This document shows, piece by piece, positions 16,414 to 25,729 of a stretch of DNA of 64,000 nt (position 1 is the first letter of the stretch; every line of letters begins with the position of its first letter). Source of the stretch: a virus. Its lineage: Duplodnaviria > Caudoviricetes. The position numbers were made by a program, and so were the translations under genes. The stretch is taken from IMG/VR virus record IMGVR_UViG_3300005739_000025; one strand, 5' to 3'. The notes under the pieces were generated by a model. It did not search any database, was not told where the DNA came from, and saw nothing but the letters and a program-made list of their open reading frames with translations.

Positions 16414-18009
16414 TTATTTTGTTGCGCAGCCTCCACCTGCAATAATTTTTTTAATTCTTGGAAGAACTTCTTCTAAGAATTCTTTTTTGACCGCTGGATC
16501 AAACTCTTCATAAACTACAAAGTCTAACATGAATGTTAGAAGATCTCTAGGCATATCTTTATTTAAAGTCTCAAACATAACACAAACTGCTTCTGGAGAT
16601 AAATTGTTCATTATTTTAGCTAAACCTATCATTACCTCTCTATCATCAGGTGATATTTTATCCCCAGCCCCTTTAGCATTTTGTGATGCAATTCTAAGTT
16701 TGTTTGCTACAAACACAATTAAAGCTAACATTTTATCTAAGGGTTGATCTTTAAGATACTTTTTAGGATCTTTTAAAATCTTACCCATATCAAAAGATTG
16801 AATGTGTTTTAAGAAAGTATCAAATCTATTTGCCCACGGTACACCAGCGCGCTGAGCAGCAAATAATCTAATGTTTTCCATCGCGTTAAATGATCTACCA
16901 GATGCTTTTTGTTCATCATACTTCTTTCTGAAATATTCTATACCCTTAGAAATCTTTTCTAACACTCTAGGAGTCACAAATGGATTTTCGCCGTTCGGTT
17001 CTTTGTATAGGGCGTCTTCAGGTACAGCTTTTGTGAACGCTACAATAGCATCATCTATACCGGCATTAACAGCATAGTCTCTCCATTCATCTGGATTTAC
17101 TACAAGAACACCAGCTCCAAAGCGGTTAATGTTAGCAGGAGAAATTGGCTCGTTTCCAAAAAGTTCACCCATGTTACATGCAGCTACTATTCCGACGTCT
17201 TTGGCAATTCTCCTGTCACCCAAAACTCTATCAAGTACAATTTTAAACGCAGCGTCTTTTACTTCTTTAGATCCTTGATTGAATTCATCCAAAAATAAAA
17301 ATCCATCTGCACCTTCTCTTGTTAAAAGATAAGCCCATGAAGGTGGACTATAAACTGTGTAAGGTTTATCAGATTTTACAGGTACACCCACGACGTCTGA
17401 TCTATCCATTTCTGCTAATCTTAAATCCACATAAACAAAATAGGAAGTGGGATCTTGAATAAGAGCATCTCTTTCTTCATCACTTAGATCAAAAAATTCT
17501 ACATATTCTTTGTTCTTTTCATTAGCAATTCTTTTTGATACTTGTTTAAAAATACTACTCTTACCCACACCTGGATCACCAATTAATAGGAAAGACTCTT
17601 TCATATCATAAGCAGCTTCTGCTTGTTCTTCTACTTGTCTTATAGACATTTCTGGAAATTCTGTCTCTTTCCAGCTTATAAGATCTGAATCACCGAATCT
17701 AGGAATATCTACTATTGATGTTGGATCTTGTTTTATTTGAGAAGCAACCTGCGCTTCTTTGTTAGCAGCTGAAATTAATGGCTGCGCTTGTTTTACAATA
17801 TCATCGGAGCTTATTTCAGGTTCTTGAGCTTGTTGAGCTATTTCACCAGCCTGACCTTTTAGTTGGGAAGCTTTTTGCTGAACACTTTTAGGGTTAACTT
17901 GTTTACCCTTAACCATTTGCATTGGTTTTGAAAAAGGAACCTCACCACCTACCGCTTCATTTAAAACTTTTTTGTATAGATTGAATATATTCTTGGAATT
18001 AGAGTCCAT
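16414..18009 (-). CDS. MoxR-type AAA+ ATPase
   Basis: Walker A GDPGVGKS, Walker B FLFLDEFN, FKIVLDRVLG, PANINRF, TPRVLEK; adjacent to a vWA gene. Confidence 0.85.
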   Translation of the reverse strand: MDSNSKNIFNLYKKVLNEAVGGEVPFSKPMQMVKGKQVNPKSVQQKASQLKGQAGEIAQQAQEPEISSDDIVKQAQPLISAANKEAQVASQIKQDPTSIVDIPRFGDSDLISWKETEFPEMSIRQVEEQAEAAYDMKESFLLIGDPGVGKSSIFKQVSKRIANEKNKEYVEFFDLSDEERDALIQDPTSYFVYVDLRLAEMDRSDVVGVPVKSDKPYTVYSPPSWAYLLTREGADGFLFLDEFNQGSKEVKDAAFKIVLDRVLGDRRIAKDVGIVAACNMGELFGNEPISPANINRFGAGVLVVNPDEWRDYAVNAGIDDAIVAFTKAVPEDALYKEPNGENPFVTPRVLEKISKGIEYFRKKYDEQKASGRSFNAMENIRLFAAQRAGVPWANRFDTFLKHIQSFDMGKILKDPKKYLKDQPLDKMLALIVFVANKLRIASQNAKGAGDKISPDDREVMIGLAKIMNNLSPEAVCVMFETLNKDMPRDLLTFMLDFVVYEEFDPAVKKEFLEEVLPRIKKIIAGGGCATK

Positions 18010-18017
18010 AAAGTTAT

Positions 18018-19523
18018 TTATGAGTGAGATACGTCAATAAAATAGGTAGGACCGAATTTTTTAAGAATCTCGTCTGTACCATCCATTGTGATAAAAAATA
18101 ATTTTTTAGGGGCTTGGGGTAGAATAGGATTATCCTCTACATATCCGTCAGTAAAAACTAATAAACCGCCTTTAATTGGTTTACCTTGATAATACTTGTC
18201 TAAAAATTGTTTTACGCTTGAAAGAGTTGTTCCACCCCCATGAGCTTTCATATTCATTAAACCTTCAGTTATCTTTGACATACTCATTTTAGATGTATCT
18301 ATTTCAAAATGATCAGCAACAGTAGCGTCCCAAAGTAATACTAAAATCTTTACCTTATTATTTCTAAAAACTTTTAAAATATCTATAATTCCGCCTAAAA
18401 AAGTTTTTAATACAGGGTCTGTTATAGACCCACTAGTGTCGATAGCTACTACAGCTTGCAATTCATTTTTAACAGTATACCTTCTTGGGTGAAAGTAAGT
18501 TCCACCACCCAATCTTCTACTCTCTCTTGACCAATCTGTTTTAACTACAGACGAACCAACTATAAAATTCTTTAACAATTGTTTCCAATTAACTTTGGCA
18601 CTTAGTAGTCTTTTATCAAAAGATCTAGGCATACCCGGGTCAGTGCCTCTTCTTTTTGCTTCATCTTGCGCTTGTTGTGCTGCCTCTTGAACTTTACTCT
18701 TTAGTGCGTTATCTCTTTGCTGATCCGACATACCAGATGTATCGTTTTTTTGGTAAACCGGATCATTAGAAGGTACTTTTTCACCCTTTATTTGTTCAGC
18801 CTCTTGAGGTGTTAAATGTTTGTCCAGCTCACCCATCTGGTCTATTACTTGTTGAATACACTGTTTGACCTGTTCAGGGGGACCACTTTTAATTAATATA
18901 TCATATAATTGTTCTGCGTCCATGTCAGTTATATCGACCTTTTTCATTTGAATTCCGGTAACATTTAAAGAAGGAGATTTGCCTTTAGTGTTTATTTTTG
19001 CTTTTGATGCATCTGGTATCTCAATTATCCATCTACCATTTTTATTTTGAGGTATAAGACCCATCTTAGGTAAGGAAATACCCATATCTACTAAATCTCT
19101 ATTCATTATGTAATCGGTAGCATAATTCCAAATCGTCATATCTCTTCCTCTTTGTCTTGTGAACGTCAAAGTTGCTATATGCATTACTTCGTGAGCTAAA
19201 ACACCCATTACTTCATCATCAGATAACTCGTTTAAAACGAAATTTGCGTTAATATAAATGTTTGCAGAGTTATCCACAGCCATAGTGTTAATCCCGTAAC
19301 GAGCTGCTTCTTCTGGTTTTATAACAACAGTTTTAAGCTTTTGAAGAGTTAAACCAAAAAAAGGATAAACTTTATATAATCTAAACTTGGCTCTTACAAG
19401 TTTATCTTCAAAAGTCTTAAATACCTTAGGGTCCATAGGAGCTTGATCTGTTGGACCTGCTTGTTCTAGTAGTATTCTTCTATAAGATTTAAATATAGAA
19501 TCTCCATCAAAGTTATAGCGCAT
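18018..19523 (-). CDS. Metallopeptidase-vWA domain protein (DUF2201-like)
   Basis: TMAVD, LAHEVMH (HExxH), IWNYATDYIMN, vWA MIDAS VAIDTSGS, GGGT, VFTDGY; start moved to MRYNFDGD (19523), removing the overlap with the + strand gene. Confidence 0.85.
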   Translation of the reverse strand: MRYNFDGDSIFKSYRRILLEQAGPTDQAPMDPKVFKTFEDKLVRAKFRLYKVYPFFGLTLQKLKTVVIKPEEAARYGINTMAVDNSANIYINANFVLNELSDDEVMGVLAHEVMHIATLTFTRQRGRDMTIWNYATDYIMNRDLVDMGISLPKMGLIPQNKNGRWIIEIPDASKAKINTKGKSPSLNVTGIQMKKVDITDMDAEQLYDILIKSGPPEQVKQCIQQVIDQMGELDKHLTPQEAEQIKGEKVPSNDPVYQKNDTSGMSDQQRDNALKSKVQEAAQQAQDEAKRRGTDPGMPRSFDKRLLSAKVNWKQLLKNFIVGSSVVKTDWSRESRRLGGGTYFHPRRYTVKNELQAVVAIDTSGSITDPVLKTFLGGIIDILKVFRNNKVKILVLLWDATVADHFEIDTSKMSMSKITEGLMNMKAHGGGTTLSSVKQFLDKYYQGKPIKGGLLVFTDGYVEDNPILPQAPKKLFFITMDGTDEILKKFGPTYFIDVSHS

Positions 19524-19550
19524 AAGTAAACCATAAGTATTTAGATATTC

Positions 19551-21212
19551 ATGCATAGTTTTAAAGATTTTATTAAATTGTATGAAGCGACTTTGCAAGA
19601 GCTTAGAAGTAAAGGCTTTGTAGAGCCGGGCCCTAGAGCTAGACATCAAATAGGTGACTATGTTATTATTAAGTCTGACGGTCGTTGGCCAATGTATCAA
19701 TCGGCTAGATCTTCACCATATATAGGACAATATGGTAAAGTGGTAGGCTATAAACAGGCAACAGGTTCGTATGTTAAATATGCCGTAGAGTTTCCAGATA
19801 AAAACGTTGAAGCGTTTCATAGTCATTACGTTGCAGGCTCATTTAAAGATGAAACTTCTGCAAAAAAATATGCCTTAGATCCAAAAAAGAAAAGAAATCC
19901 TACGGGTATTAATTTCAATCCGAAAATTAAACCTGAAGACTTAAAGGGTTATGTAGACGGTGTAAATAGATTAGTTGCTAATGCTAAATTTGAAGAACTA
20001 TTAAATAAAATATTTTCACAACAACCTTTTGAACTTAACAGATTAGAAAAACCTATATCCTTTAATAGTGATGACGGTAAGTATGTAGCAACTATTTTGA
20101 TGTCTAGACCCTTAAAGGGTATGTTAAAGCCAGGTAATAAAATAAGATCCTACGACAGTGTTAATTTAAGAATAACTAGCAATAGCTTTAGAAAATATAT
20201 AAGCGAAAATATTTGTATATATAGACTTAATAATACAGTAAATGGTAAACTGGTAAATGAAACCGGGGCAACTAGACTCTTTAATGTGACGTATAGTCAT
20301 AGTCCTTACAATGTAGTCAAGCCACACTTAAAGTTAGAACACTTACTTTACGAAGATAGAACAATTGATTTTACAGATAAAAATACCCTACTTAAATCAA
20401 TTTATAATAGCGGTCTAGGCACACTTTCAACTAAGGTTTTTAATTTGTACCCTAATGCTACAAAAGATAATCAAATATTTGAAGAAAATTACTCTAAACC
20501 TTTTATAGAAACTATGAACTTTTTAAATGGTAATTTTTCCTTAGAAGAAATTTTTAACAGCTTATATCAAGTAACAGAGAGGGGTGGGAAAAAATTTATT
20601 GGTGTACATAGAGTAAATGCAAACGCTGATACTTTAAGATTTTTCTTAAACTATGAATTCGACCCCACTAAAAAGCGTTCCGGTAGAGATCAAACATTAG
20701 TTATAATTGAAGATAATCCAAACAGAATAAAACAGATACCCCTGGGCATGCCTAAAGTAGTGATTCAACCTAAAGATGCATATTACAGAAAAATCTATCC
20801 AAAATTATTAAATCTTAACATGATTCCTGATACAGTTAAGGATCTTACATTATATAATCTCGAAATTAAATCCCTACAAGGTCTTCCAGAACAAATGGAT
20901 GCCTTACACATAGACCACAGCTTTATGGAATCTTTAAAAGGTCTTACAACTAAAGTTATAAAAGGTGAATTTAGAGTAAGAACAGATTTAAAGACTCTTC
21001 AAGGCGGTGAACACACAGTCTGTGGTAAGCTGGATATATATGATAATAGAAGCTTAAAATCTTTAAAAGGAATTCCCAAAGCTAAAGAATATACACTACC
21101 AAATCAATTTACGGTTAAAGACGCGCAAAAAGAAGTTCAACAAAGAGAGTTTATAGGAAATTTAAAGCCAAAAACTAAAGAGACATTTGCAGATATTTTT
21201 GGTTCTTTATAA
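19551..21212 (+). CDS. Large protein with leader, leucine-rich-like repeats and C-terminal tag
   Basis: MHSFKDFIKLYEA; repeats IKSLQGLP/MESLKGLT/LKTLQGGE/LKSLKGIP; ends LKPKTKETFADIFGSL*. Confidence 0.85.
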   Translation: MHSFKDFIKLYEATLQELRSKGFVEPGPRARHQIGDYVIIKSDGRWPMYQSARSSPYIGQYGKVVGYKQATGSYVKYAVEFPDKNVEAFHSHYVAGSFKDETSAKKYALDPKKKRNPTGINFNPKIKPEDLKGYVDGVNRLVANAKFEELLNKIFSQQPFELNRLEKPISFNSDDGKYVATILMSRPLKGMLKPGNKIRSYDSVNLRITSNSFRKYISENICIYRLNNTVNGKLVNETGATRLFNVTYSHSPYNVVKPHLKLEHLLYEDRTIDFTDKNTLLKSIYNSGLGTLSTKVFNLYPNATKDNQIFEENYSKPFIETMNFLNGNFSLEEIFNSLYQVTERGGKKFIGVHRVNANADTLRFFLNYEFDPTKKRSGRDQTLVIIEDNPNRIKQIPLGMPKVVIQPKDAYYRKIYPKLLNLNMIPDTVKDLTLYNLEIKSLQGLPEQMDALHIDHSFMESLKGLTTKVIKGEFRVRTDLKTLQGGEHTVCGKLDIYDNRSLKSLKGIPKAKEYTLPNQFTVKDAQKEVQQREFIGNLKPKTKETFADIFGSL

Positions 21213-22232
21213 TTCTATAGCGTTTCTACCAGATATAAAACCTTCAGGATAAATACCACCCCTTAGATTTTCAACAACTATTCCTTCACTTTCTATTCTT
21301 CTACCCACACGATAAGTTGCAGCAAAATATGCTTTATAGTCACCCTTGAATGCCCAGGTAACATCATCAGCAGTATGCATGGTATCTGAAAAATTTAACT
21401 CATAAATTTTACCTTTACCTTTTAGTGTAGGATCACCTTGACCAATACACTGAACAAAATTTCTTCCAAAATTCTTACTTCCTTGATTCCAATCAAACCC
21501 ATAAACGGATTTACCAACTAATTTTTTACCTTGATCATCTTTAGGCACTTCTCTCTTAAAACTCATTCCACTCTGTGCAATATTGCTATTGTAATTAGAC
21601 TTTAAGTAGTCATAAACATCTTTAATAAAGTCTTTAACTAATTTACTGTTATAAATTTCAACACCAGAGTCTCTGGATAACCCACTATATTGTTGAAAAG
21701 CGCTAGAGCCGCCTTCCTTCTTATGAGATATAAACCCTACCTCTTTTTCTTTATCGTCAATTAAAGCTATATCAGCTTTAGGATCTCCAATTATATGTTT
21801 AGAGCTAGCCTTAACAACATTTTTTATTTTATACTTTCCAATTTTTATTGTTATTGGTCCACCACTTTTTTTAACTGCTTCTTTTACGAGAGCATCCAGA
21901 TTGTTAGATGCTTTTTCTTCAGCTTCTTTTCTATTTTTACCTAAAGGCTTTACAACTATATTGACATTGTTATCCAAAGCTACTAATCCAATAGAAGAAA
22001 TATTTCTAATAGTCTTGTTATCTGGTTTAATAAATCTAGCATTTTGATCCTTAAAGATATCTACAATTTTATTCATAGCATTTAATCTATTACCTTTAGT
22101 GTATGCAAAAACCTTATTACCTTTCATTTTCACTAAAAATTGATTATTTTCTAATCTAGTAATAATATCGATTAAGATATCTTCTTTAGATTTTTCTTCT
22201 ACAACATTTAAAAACTTTTTAAAATTAATCAT
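21207..22232 (-). CDS. Putative PD-(D/E)xK-like nuclease with leader
   Basis: DPKADIAL...GFISHKK...FQQYSG pattern resembles a restriction-endonuclease-fold family of T4-like phages; leader MINFKKFLNVVEE. ORF is secure, function is not. Confidence 0.5.
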   Translation of the reverse strand: MINFKKFLNVVEEKSKEDILIDIITRLENNQFLVKMKGNKVFAYTKGNRLNAMNKIVDIFKDQNARFIKPDNKTIRNISSIGLVALDNNVNIVVKPLGKNRKEAEEKASNNLDALVKEAVKKSGGPITIKIGKYKIKNVVKASSKHIIGDPKADIALIDDKEKEVGFISHKKEGGSSAFQQYSGLSRDSGVEIYNSKLVKDFIKDVYDYLKSNYNSNIAQSGMSFKREVPKDDQGKKLVGKSVYGFDWNQGSKNFGRNFVQCIGQGDPTLKGKGKIYELNFSDTMHTADDVTWAFKGDYKAYFAATYRVGRRIESEGIVVENLRGGIYPEGFISGRNAIEL

Positions 22233-22501
22233 AACTTTTTAAGTTGTATTTCAGTTTTTTTAAGTTTGTCTCCAGGTTTAAAATTCTTACCCTTATTCTT
22301 TACTTCAAATTCAATCAAATTGCCAGCTATTCTCTTACCATCTTTAACCTTTTTTACAGATCTAACTACACCTTTAGCATCTTTTTCTTTACACCCTGGA
22401 TTAATATCTTTTACTCTATCACCAGGTTTTAGCTCGTTAACACAAACGTTGCAACTATCTTCTTTTAATAAACTGTTTACTAATTTGGAAAAAAGACCCA
22501 T
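22229..22501 (-). CDS. Small SH3/KOW-like basic protein with leader
   Basis: LKPGDRVKD...GVV..V; MGLFSKLVNSLLKE; TAAGTA 5 nt before ATG. Confidence 0.7.
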   Translation of the reverse strand: MGLFSKLVNSLLKEDSCNVCVNELKPGDRVKDINPGCKEKDAKGVVRSVKKVKDGKRIAGNLIEFEVKNKGKNFKPGDKLKKTEIQLKKL

Positions 22502-22509
22502 GTATATAC

Positions 22510-22938
22510 TTATTCAGGCCATACGTACTCTAAGTCACGAGGAACTGTTGGCCACAAAGATCCATAAAATAAAGGATCTTTTTGCACAAGCATAGATTTA
22601 TGTGATAAATGAATATTATTATTACCTAACCAATAAGGCATCTTTAAATCTTGAGAGTTATCGTAATGAGCTTCTATTTTATCTAAACAAGTGTCATTAT
22701 AACCTCGCGATATCCATTCATTACATATAGCTATACCATAGAATACTAATGCATTAGAGTAATCATGCCACATTTTTCTGCAAGGGTGGTTTTTCCAACC
22801 TCTTATAGGCTGATTGGTTTTTATTTTCTTTATTGAATTTAAAAGCTGTAAAACTTCAACTCTTTGTTTGCCAAGACGCTTTTGATCTAATACTTTAGCC
22901 GAACTTTGGAAACATTCAAATGGCAAAAACGTTTGCAT
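22510..22938 (-). CDS. Pyrimidine-dimer DNA glycosylase family protein (MSMEG_6728/DenV-like)
   Basis: MQTFLP...LDQKRLGKQRVE...GWKNHP..KMW...EW..RGY.DT family signature. Confidence 0.85.
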   Translation of the reverse strand: MQTFLPFECFQSSAKVLDQKRLGKQRVEVLQLLNSIKKIKTNQPIRGWKNHPCRKMWHDYSNALVFYGIAICNEWISRGYNDTCLDKIEAHYDNSQDLKMPYWLGNNNIHLSHKSMLVQKDPLFYGSLWPTVPRDLEYVWPE

Positions 22939-22961
22939 CTACTATAATGATAAATAGTTTT

Positions 22962-23393
22962 ATGAAAATTCAAGAAATTTACGATATTATTGTTGAAAGT
23001 AAAGTGGGAAGATTTTCAGGAGCTGGTATTATATTTTTTGACGGAAAAAGGGTATTGTTACTTAAAAAAAATAATAATAGATGGGTGTTTCCTGGAGGTA
23101 AGCCCATTCAAGGAGAAACACCCCTACAAACAGCTAAAAGAGAAACTAAAGAAGAGGTTGGTAGATGTCCAGGCGAAATAGTTTCAGAATTAAAATTTGA
23201 AATCGACGATAGAACATTTCACTCTTTTATTAGCAAGATTAATAAAATATTTGATGTAGAGGTTTCCGATGAGCATAAAGATTATACTTGGATTGATTAT
23301 AAAAAAATTAGAGATCTTAAATTACACAAGAATATACTTTTTACTATTAAGAAAGTGATTAAGAAATTAACTGAACTAGATGTTGATAAATAA
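22962..23393 (+). CDS. Nudix hydrolase
   Basis: Nudix box GGKPIQGETPLQTAKRETKEEVG; start moved to MKIQEIYDIIVES, 5 nt after TAAATA. Confidence 0.9.
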   Translation: MKIQEIYDIIVESKVGRFSGAGIIFFDGKRVLLLKKNNNRWVFPGGKPIQGETPLQTAKRETKEEVGRCPGEIVSELKFEIDDRTFHSFISKINKIFDVEVSDEHKDYTWIDYKKIRDLKLHKNILFTIKKVIKKLTELDVDK

Positions 23394-23415
23394 AATTTTT
23401 GTAATATAATAATGT

Positions 23416-24057
23416 ATGGCAAAATTTTTCTCTACTAAAGTTATAGAATTAGGCTCTGCTGCTTTTAGACAACCTAAAGCAACAAGTCACTGCAAATTTG
23501 TTCATGGCTATAGGTTAAAAGCAAAGATCTGGGTTGCAGCAGAAATTTTAGATAGTAATAACTGGGTATTTGATTTTGGCTCATTTAAAGAGCTTAAAGC
23601 TACCTTACAAAAGACTTTTGACCATAAGCTTGTGATAGATAAAAATGATCCTGCTAAACATGTCTTTAGAGAGTTAGAGAGATACGGAGCTGTTGACATT
23701 ATAGAGATGGACGGTGTTGGTATAGAAAAGTTTGCTGAGTTTGTGTTTAATCAAACAGATACTTTTGTAAAATATACAACTCAAAATAGAGTTTGGTGCG
23801 AAAAGGTTGAAGTGTTTGAACATGAAGATAATTCTGCAATTTATCAGATATCAGATAAAAAAACTGATGAATGCAAATCCAAGTGCTGTAAAAAAGAAGA
23901 GCCAACATTACCAAGTGTAATTGAAAAGGCAGAGGAACCAGTTCCATTACAAACCCAATCAAATATTCCAGCCCCTGGACCACAACCGGCTCAATTTGGT
24001 AACAAAGTAACTACTGGGTGGTCGAATCCTTTTGCGGGGACCAGCTGGGGAGCGTAG
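23416..24057 (+). CDS. queD: 6-carboxy-5,6,7,8-tetrahydropterin synthase with C-terminal extension
   Basis: SHCKFVHGY, WVFDFGSFKELK, FDHKLV, EKFAEFVF, VEVFEHEDNSA; ATG 5 nt after TATAAT. Confidence 0.88.
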   Translation: MAKFFSTKVIELGSAAFRQPKATSHCKFVHGYRLKAKIWVAAEILDSNNWVFDFGSFKELKATLQKTFDHKLVIDKNDPAKHVFRELERYGAVDIIEMDGVGIEKFAEFVFNQTDTFVKYTTQNRVWCEKVEVFEHEDNSAIYQISDKKTDECKSKCCKKEEPTLPSVIEKAEEPVPLQTQSNIPAPGPQPAQFGNKVTTGWSNPFAGTSWGA

Positions 24058-24898
24058 AAGTAGTAATATTAGAGCACTGAGAGTTTTTCTTACATTCTTT
24101 AGTTGTCTCTTTAGCTATTAGATAAGCTTTTTTGAGCTGTGTAAACTTTTTAACAATATACTTACATATATCAGATCTCATAATATCATCTTCATCAAAT
24201 TCTACGCAGTATATACCTTTTTCTTGTGCCTCTTCATTAAGAAAAGCATTGTAAACATCTAAGAAACCAGATTTACCTGTAGGGAGATCAGATTGTGCCG
24301 GGTCTCCACATATTATAAGCTTACTAAACTGACCCATTCTGGTCATAATTGTCTGAATCTCAGAATATACAGCATTTTGCATTTCATCTGCTATAACAAA
24401 GTTGACATTAAAAGAAGCACCCCTTAAGTAGTTAACAGGTGTAGGTTTTACCCTTTCTTCTGTAAAGAGACGTTTAATATCGTGTTCTTTTATCAGTTCT
24501 TCTAGTTTATCAGCTAGCGGTAATGCAAAAGGTCTAAATTTATCACTACTCTCACCTGGTAAGCTACCTAAACTTTTTGTAGCACTCTCTACAATAGATC
24601 TTACATAAATGATTTCTGTAACTCGTTTAGATGCTAGCATTTTTAATGCAGAATATACCGCTAACAAGCTTTTACTAGTACCAGCTGGACCGTTCAAAAA
24701 TACTATCTTAGTATTTTTATTATTGATTAATTCAATAACAGCTTTTTGTTTTTCTGTCCATGGTAGATCTTTTATTTTTAAATCAAAGTCTATTTTATCT
24801 CTTTGAAATACATAAGGTGAATTATCTGTTGCAGACAAAGTTATCGTTTTAGAGTTACGTAACTCTTTACTATTACGACTACGAGTTTTTTTACTCAC
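24011..24898 (-). CDS. phoH: PhoH-like ATPase
   Basis: GPAGTSKS, LGSLPG, YLRGASF, IADEMQN, TRMG...CGDPAQSDL. Confidence 0.92.
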   Translation of the reverse strand: MSKKTRSRNSKELRNSKTITLSATDNSPYVFQRDKIDFDLKIKDLPWTEKQKAVIELINNKNTKIVFLNGPAGTSKSLLAVYSALKMLASKRVTEIIYVRSIVESATKSLGSLPGESSDKFRPFALPLADKLEELIKEHDIKRLFTEERVKPTPVNYLRGASFNVNFVIADEMQNAVYSEIQTIMTRMGQFSKLIICGDPAQSDLPTGKSGFLDVYNAFLNEEAQEKGIYCVEFDEDDIMRSDICKYIVKKFTQLKKAYLIAKETTKECKKNSQCSNITTSTLPSWSPQKDSTTQ

Positions 24899-24949
24899 TC
24901 ATTTATATTTAGTCTAGATATTATAAAGCTATATAGTATAATAATCATT

Positions 24950-25714
24950 ATGGAATCTATCGATATTACTAAAGAGACGTTATTTTTATCTGACGACAAA
25001 GTTTTTTATACTATAGAGGGGGAAGGTGAATTTATCGGTAAACCTTCCGTATTCATGAGGTTATCGATGTGTAACTTGACATGTATTGGATTTGCATCCG
25101 AAGATTCCCCTAACGGGTGTGACTCGTTTATATCTTGGTCAGTAAAGAATAAAATGACATTTGAAGAGATCTTTAAGATGATGGAAGAGAATGGGTATAT
25201 AGAACATCTTAAGAATAAAGCTATTCTCAAACTTACTGGTGGCGAACCTTTAATTCAACAAAAACAGTTGTTAAAGTTTATTGAAGTCTTTACAGAGAGA
25301 TATGGCTTTATTCCGGTGATTGACTTTGAGACAAACGCAACTCTCTTCCCTGATAGCGATTGGAATCAAAAGTGGATGGCAACATTTACTACCTCTCCTA
25401 AACTTACCACTAATGGAGACCCAGAAGAAAAGACCTATAAGCCTGATGTTCTTAAATGGCATGTTGAGCACAACTCCGGATTTAAATTTGTCATTACTTC
25501 AGATAAAGATATAGAAGAAATTTGGAGTAAGTATGTAGAAAATAAAAACGGCGTCAACGTTCCGCTAAATAGAATTTGGTTTATGCCTTGTTGTGGTTCT
25601 AGACAAGAGCATGTAGAGAATGCTGCAGCAGTTGCAGAGTATGCTAAAGCCATGCACGTCAACTTTTCACCAAGATTACAATTAGTAATCTGGGATAAAG
25701 CGTTGAAGGTATAA
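24950..25714 (+). CDS. queE: 7-carboxy-7-deazaguanine synthase (radical SAM)
   Basis: FYTIEGEG..IGKPSVFMRLSMCNLTC...CDS, LTGGEPL, ETN, SPK, RLQ; near queD. Confidence 0.92.
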   Translation: MESIDITKETLFLSDDKVFYTIEGEGEFIGKPSVFMRLSMCNLTCIGFASEDSPNGCDSFISWSVKNKMTFEEIFKMMEENGYIEHLKNKAILKLTGGEPLIQQKQLLKFIEVFTERYGFIPVIDFETNATLFPDSDWNQKWMATFTTSPKLTTNGDPEEKTYKPDVLKWHVEHNSGFKFVITSDKDIEEIWSKYVENKNGVNVPLNRIWFMPCCGSRQEHVENAAAVAEYAKAMHVNFSPRLQLVIWDKALKV

Positions 25715-25729
25715 TAAATAAATATACCT

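Noticed and set aside
19523-19700. Apparent 150-nt head-to-head overlap of two large genes
   Set aside because: Disappears when the vWA gene starts at 19523, where a leader-like N-terminus and an upstream TAAATA are found.
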